From: Candidatus Bathyarchaeia archaeon
Lineage (GTDB): Archaea; Thermoproteota; Bathyarchaeia; Bathyarchaeales; Bathycorpusculaceae
Assembly (NCBI GenBank): GCA_050012755.1
Contig: JBEKGO010000025.1
Coordinates: forward strand, 1-40,634
Direction: 5' to 3'
DNA: 40,634 bases
Shown: piece by piece, positions 36,854 to 40,634 of the stretch
Position numbering within the stretch: the first letter of the stretch is position 1
Layout of the letters: each line of letters opens with the position of its first letter
Translations under genes and position numbers: made by a program
Notes under the pieces: generated by a model
The model's database searches: none
What the model was told of the DNA's origin: nothing
The model's input: only the letters and a program-made list of their open reading frames with translations

Positions 36854-39043
36854 TTGGCTAAATACGAGATGAACATGTTGGCTTCGCATTCTTTCCTCAA
36901 CAAGTCTCGAGCTATTCTGATATGCCTTTTAGTAATTGGTTCCTTTGCTGAGGTGGGCGCTTACTACTATGTTCAAAACTACACTTCTTATTCTTCAGCT
37001 GCTCCCACAGTAAGCGCATTTCAAGCAGGTAATCTAACGGTCGACCCTTATGAAGCCTTAGTCAATCATCCAGTAAACATTTCGATAGCCGTAGTTAATT
37101 TAGCAAATTCTCAGGGAAGCTATTCTTTAAGCCTCAAAATTAACGGCACAGTGGAAGAAACAAAAAAATTGACGTTTTTAGCCAATGAATCGCAACTAGC
37201 TTCGTTTACTGTAACCGAAGGAAACGTGGGCAGTTATAACGTATCAGTTGGCGATCAATTCGGATTGTTTACTGTCGTTACCACACCTACTCCGATGCCC
37301 ACCGCACTTCAAGTATCAAATATGTTTATTAATCCAGCTGAAGGCTGGCCTGAGCAGCTAGTCAACGTTTCAGTTGACGTAACTAACACAGGAAACGAAA
37401 CCATCAGTTATTCATTACCATTCTCAGTGAATGGTCAAGTTGATCAACACGTTCAAGTGGACCTTGCAGCAGGAGCCTCAGCAACCATAACAGCAACAGC
37501 AACTGAAGACTCCACTGGAAGTTACCAAATAACTGCTGGAGGCAGCATTGGTCATCTCACAATTGTACCAACAGGCGAGCATACGTTGCATGTAATTATA
37601 AACATGGATGGGGTACCCTTCACTCTAGACGGCGCACCTCACAATAGTCCATATTCGTCTCTGGTCACTGCTGGATCACACACAATTGTTGTTCCCGCGT
37701 CTGCAGTGATTGAAAAAGGCGGATGGGGTTCAGTAAACTATGCATTTTCAGGTTGGGACGACGGCTCCACTAGTCTAAGCAAAACGGTAGATGTGGAAAG
37801 TGAGATTTACGTGTCAGCAAATTACATTAGAACCTCGACTTCATGTCCTGTACTATCCGCATGGAATGGGATAAACTATAATTACGTTGCTGATGTTAAC
37901 GACGGTACAGGTTGGCTAGGCTACTTAGAGTATTTTAAACCCGATGGCTCAATGGTTTTCTCATATAACTATCCATATGATTACATAAAATTAGACTCAA
38001 CTCAACTTCAACCGCTCAATGGATTTTATAACTTACAAATTAGCGAACTCAATGACGAAATATTCTACATGGACTCAGTGAAACTACTTGCAGTTGATCA
38101 TCCAGCTAATACTGATGTTTTCTCGACAAAAAGCACCTTTGTCTACAATCTTACAGGTCAAGGAACAATTTACACCATAAGCAAGAACGTAGCTCCCCCA
38201 GTTTCAGCAGTAAATGGACAAAGACAAAATGTTCTGCCAATAATCTCAAAGCTAGATAATAACTTTACATTAGCAACAAGATGGACTTGGAATAATATAA
38301 CGCTTAATCTTGGCAACTTAGCTAATGCGAAGGAAATTAATCTTGTCGTTGGCGCCAAAATTGTGTGGCCAAGTACTCAGTCTGGAGGCAGTAACTTCAT
38401 GAGTTATGCTAACAAACCTGGAGTTATGCCTTCACCGCCACCTTATATGGAAGTTAAAGCTGAAAACGGAAGCTGGATTCCTGTTCCTACAAGCCGCGAA
38501 TTTCCAATTCCTTCTACGACAGATCAAGTTTTTGTAGTCAACTTAACAGGTCTGTTTCCAACTAACGATTTCGAGTTAAGAATTAACTACTATCAAGACA
38601 TTGAATTCGATTACATAGGAGTAGACACAACAGCCCAGCAAAACACAATTGTTCGCACTTTAACCGCCTCATACGCTGATCTTCAACAAGCATTCAGCAC
38701 AAATTCAAGCTCCACTGGAGCATTCACAAGATACGGCGACGTTACCTCACTGCTGCAATCAACTGATGATCAATTTGTTATCGGACGCGAAGGAGACCAA
38801 GTATCTCTGCAGTTTCCGGCGAATCTTCCTCCAGTTCCGCAAGGAATGATTCGAGATTACTTTGTTGTCGCAAACTGTTGGTTCAAAGGTTTAGGCTTGT
38901 CCTATGTGCCATTTACTGTTGATCCGCTTCCATTCCAGTCGATGACCAGTTTCCCCTATCCGACGACGGAAAGTTATCCTACCGATACAATTCACCAAGC
39001 TTACCTGAAAACCTTCAACACAAGAATAATCAATGCACGATGA
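36854..39043 (+). CDS. Large membrane-anchored extracellular protein: two CARDB/Ig-like domains plus a conserved 'SCP..WNG' C-terminal domain
   Basis: N-terminal TM; repeats 'VNISIAVVNL...G.Y' and 'VNVSVDVTNTG...G.Y'; SCPVLSAWNG, KLLAVDHP, FTRYGDV, VDPLPFQSM..FPYP, FNTR. Confidence 0.85.
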   Translation: MAKYEMNMLASHSFLNKSRAILICLLVIGSFAEVGAYYYVQNYTSYSSAAPTVSAFQAGNLTVDPYEALVNHPVNISIAVVNLANSQGSYSLSLKINGTVEETKKLTFLANESQLASFTVTEGNVGSYNVSVGDQFGLFTVVTTPTPMPTALQVSNMFINPAEGWPEQLVNVSVDVTNTGNETISYSLPFSVNGQVDQHVQVDLAAGASATITATATEDSTGSYQITAGGSIGHLTIVPTGEHTLHVIINMDGVPFTLDGAPHNSPYSSLVTAGSHTIVVPASAVIEKGGWGSVNYAFSGWDDGSTSLSKTVDVESEIYVSANYIRTSTSCPVLSAWNGINYNYVADVNDGTGWLGYLEYFKPDGSMVFSYNYPYDYIKLDSTQLQPLNGFYNLQISELNDEIFYMDSVKLLAVDHPANTDVFSTKSTFVYNLTGQGTIYTISKNVAPPVSAVNGQRQNVLPIISKLDNNFTLATRWTWNNITLNLGNLANAKEINLVVGAKIVWPSTQSGGSNFMSYANKPGVMPSPPPYMEVKAENGSWIPVPTSREFPIPSTTDQVFVVNLTGLFPTNDFELRINYYQDIEFDYIGVDTTAQQNTIVRTLTASYADLQQAFSTNSSSTGAFTRYGDVTSLLQSTDDQFVIGREGDQVSLQFPANLPPVPQGMIRDYFVVANCWFKGLGLSYVPFTVDPLPFQSMTSFPYPTTESYPTDTIHQAYLKTFNTRIINAR

Positions 39044-39164
39044 GGGAAAAATAATTTCCAATTTTCTAATTATTTTTTTCACCTAAATTTTAGCATCGGC
39101 TGAGAGAGTTAAGACTAAAAGATAGAAATCAAAGGATGAAGCATAGCAAACCTAGGCTTAAAAT

Positions 39165-39257
39165 CTAAGAAGTCTGTGTTTTGCTCTGCTTTGCTTTTTT
39201 TGCTTTTCTTTTCTCGTCTCTTTCTTTTTTGGTTAACGGTTTATCTTTTTTGGGCAT
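39165..39257 (-). CDS. 30-aa lysine-rich small protein (not in ORF track)
   Basis: MPKKDKPLTKKERDEKRKAKKAKQSKTQTS*; GGAGA 6 nt upstream of the ATG. Confidence 0.5.
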   Translation of the reverse strand: MPKKDKPLTKKERDEKRKAKKAKQSKTQTS

Positions 39258-39320
39258 TATTATTCTCCGCTCTCTATTGTAGAGAACAAGCCTTTAATAA
39301 CTTTCGAAAAAACAATCACG

Positions 39321-39662
39321 CTAACTGTATTCTCTGAAGGTGTGACCGCATTTTGTGCAGCGCATAAACTGAGTTGATGCTTCGTCGCCGCCTCGCGTTT
39401 GCACTTGCCAAACGTAAACTGTTGTATTATCGCATTTTTCACATTTCATGTGGATAGTAGGCATAGTTTTTACTTTCTGATCTTCCTCGCTAATAACAGT
39501 CATAAAAGGCTGAGATTTAGGTTGGATAACTTTTACTACTCTGGCTTGTGACCTGTTACCTTCTGCCTGTTTAACATAATTACATTTTGTGCAGGCAAGC
39601 ACCACGGTACCCTCACTTTTTTTGGGTTCAAGCCGACAACCGCAATCTGGACAAAATTCCAT
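39321..39662 (-). CDS. tfs: Transcription factor S (TFS, RpoM-like)
   Basis: MEFCPDCG, two Zn ribbons, QTRGGDE acidic hairpin, CTKCGHTFRE. Confidence 0.93.
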   Translation of the reverse strand: MEFCPDCGCRLEPKKSEGTVVLACTKCNYVKQAEGNRSQARVVKVIQPKSQPFMTVISEEDQKVKTMPTIHMKCEKCDNTTVYVWQVQTRGGDEASTQFMRCTKCGHTFREYS

Positions 39663-39828
39663 GATGTTAGAATACTCCCTTCCGAATAATTATCCTTCAA
39701 ATTAAATGGAATTATGGATATAAGCATTGTTTATGAAAAATATCCGAATTCGGGCAAACAACAATAGTTCTGTATTAGTCAAGACACAAATTAAATACAT
39801 TAGTAAATCTTTAGGCAAGCGATGAAAA

Positions 39829-40479
39829 ATGGATAAAGAAAGCAAACCAACCAGTGAATGGCAAAGCATCGAACATGCACTCGCGTATTTAGCAAGAGCA
39901 GACAAACTTCCTCACAGAACGGAAGGCGAAAGAGTACTTCTTGACCAAATTCCGTCAAATGCCCGACGTGTACTTGATTTAGGAACTGGAGACGGACGAC
40001 TGCTTGCACTAGTTGAACTTAATAGACCAAAAGTTGAAGGTGTTGCGCTAGATTTTTCGGAGCCTATGCTTGAACAAGCTCGGAAGCGGTTCGCCCAAAA
40101 CATGCGTGTGACCATATTAAAGCATGATTTTAGTTTTCCATTGCCCCAAGAGCAACTTGGAAATTTTGACGCTGTTGTATCCAGCTTGGCAATTCACCAT
40201 ATGACTCACTCAAGGAAAAAAGAGTTATACAAAGAAATATTCAATTTGTTAAATTCAAAAGGAGTTTTCTGCAATCTGGAACATGTCTCTTCACCAACGC
40301 AGAATTTGCATCTTAAATTTTAGGCGACGATCGGTTTAACTCCTGAAACTGAGGATCCGTCAAACAAGCTATTAGACGTCAAAACCCAGCTTCAATGGCT
40401 AAGACAAATAGGTTTCACAGATGTTGATTGTTACTGGAAATGGCTTGAGGTCGCGCTTTTAGTAGGTTTCAAACCCTAA
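39829..40479 (+). pseudogene. Class I SAM-dependent methyltransferase interrupted by an in-frame TAG (40321-40323)
   Basis: [21 protein letters not shown]; the frame continues 51 codons past TAG ([35 protein letters not shown]) to TAA at 40479. Confidence 0.8.
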
Positions 40480-40514
40480 AAACTTGGTCCTCTTTAGTGT
40501 CTAATTGCCTGAAT

Positions 40515-40634
40515 TGTTCTATCTTTAAAATAGGCTACATTCTCCCTAAAATGGGGGAGTGCTTGGTTGGAAAGAGATCGGGAAAAACTTAGAAAATGGA
40601 TAATCAAAAAGAAACTTGAAGGTAGAGCCGTTAC
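40515..40634 (+). mobile_element. Left end of IS481-family element: IRL (40515-40540) and transposase N-terminus from TTG at 40567, truncated by window end
   Basis: TGTTCTATCTTTAAAATAGGCTACAT; GGGGGAG SD-like motif; (M)ERDREKLRKWIIKKKLEGRAV, resembling N-termini of archaeal IS481 transposases. Confidence 0.8.

Noticed and set aside
975-40115. Numerous antisense or alternate-frame ORFs (e.g. 17346-17939, 21229-21777, 22904-23443, 32947-33501)
   Set aside because: They overlap well-supported genes and show no motifs of their own.
96-40540. Composite transposon carrying the whole window
   Set aside because: The cargo includes core genes (tbp, rnpB, pelota, tfs), and the outer IS ends and any target duplication lie outside the window; independent insertions are more parsimonious.
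1-40634. Genome-wide TAG recoding
   Set aside because: TAG ends many full-length genes at the expected C-terminus (nuoH-like, proA, tfs, ABC permease, RnfD fusion).
1-40634. CRISPR arrays, tRNA or rRNA genes, selenocysteine TGA readthrough
   Set aside because: None seen by eye; the hydrogenase ligands are ordinary Cys codons.

Overview
This is an archaeal chromosomal segment. TBP, pelota, TFS, CdvB-like ESCRT-III, an archaeal RNase P RNA and an Fpo-like [NiFe] hydrogenase point to a TACK archaeon, most likely Bathyarchaeia (inference). The window begins in the 3' end of an IS481-family element and ends in the 5' end of a related copy; their 26-bp terminal inverted repeats match at 22/26 positions. 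Contents, in order: two unannotated divergent ribbon-helix-helix-like mini-genes; two ABC transporters; a complex-I/Fpo-like energy-converting [NiFe] hydrogenase (B, CD, I, H, A, J1, J2, K, N, L, M) followed by an FpoF/FrhB-CBS fusion; cdvB-like; proBA; a K+-independent H+-PPase; an information-processing cluster (pelota, TBP, NTase, tRNA thiolase, AK6, rnpB); an accessory region starting at a duplicated rnpB 3' end; an orphan RnfD-RnfC(Fe-S) fusion divergent from a large surface protein; TFS; and a methyltransferase with an in-frame TAG. The strongest leads are: (1) three genes whose conserved-looking N-termini can only start at ACG or ATA codons behind SD-like motifs; (2) the RnfD-FeS/surface-protein pair; (3) the hydrogenase plus F420/CBS module; (4) an att-like mini-island at the RNase P RNA gene. 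All family assignments come from motif recognition by eye; no searches were run.
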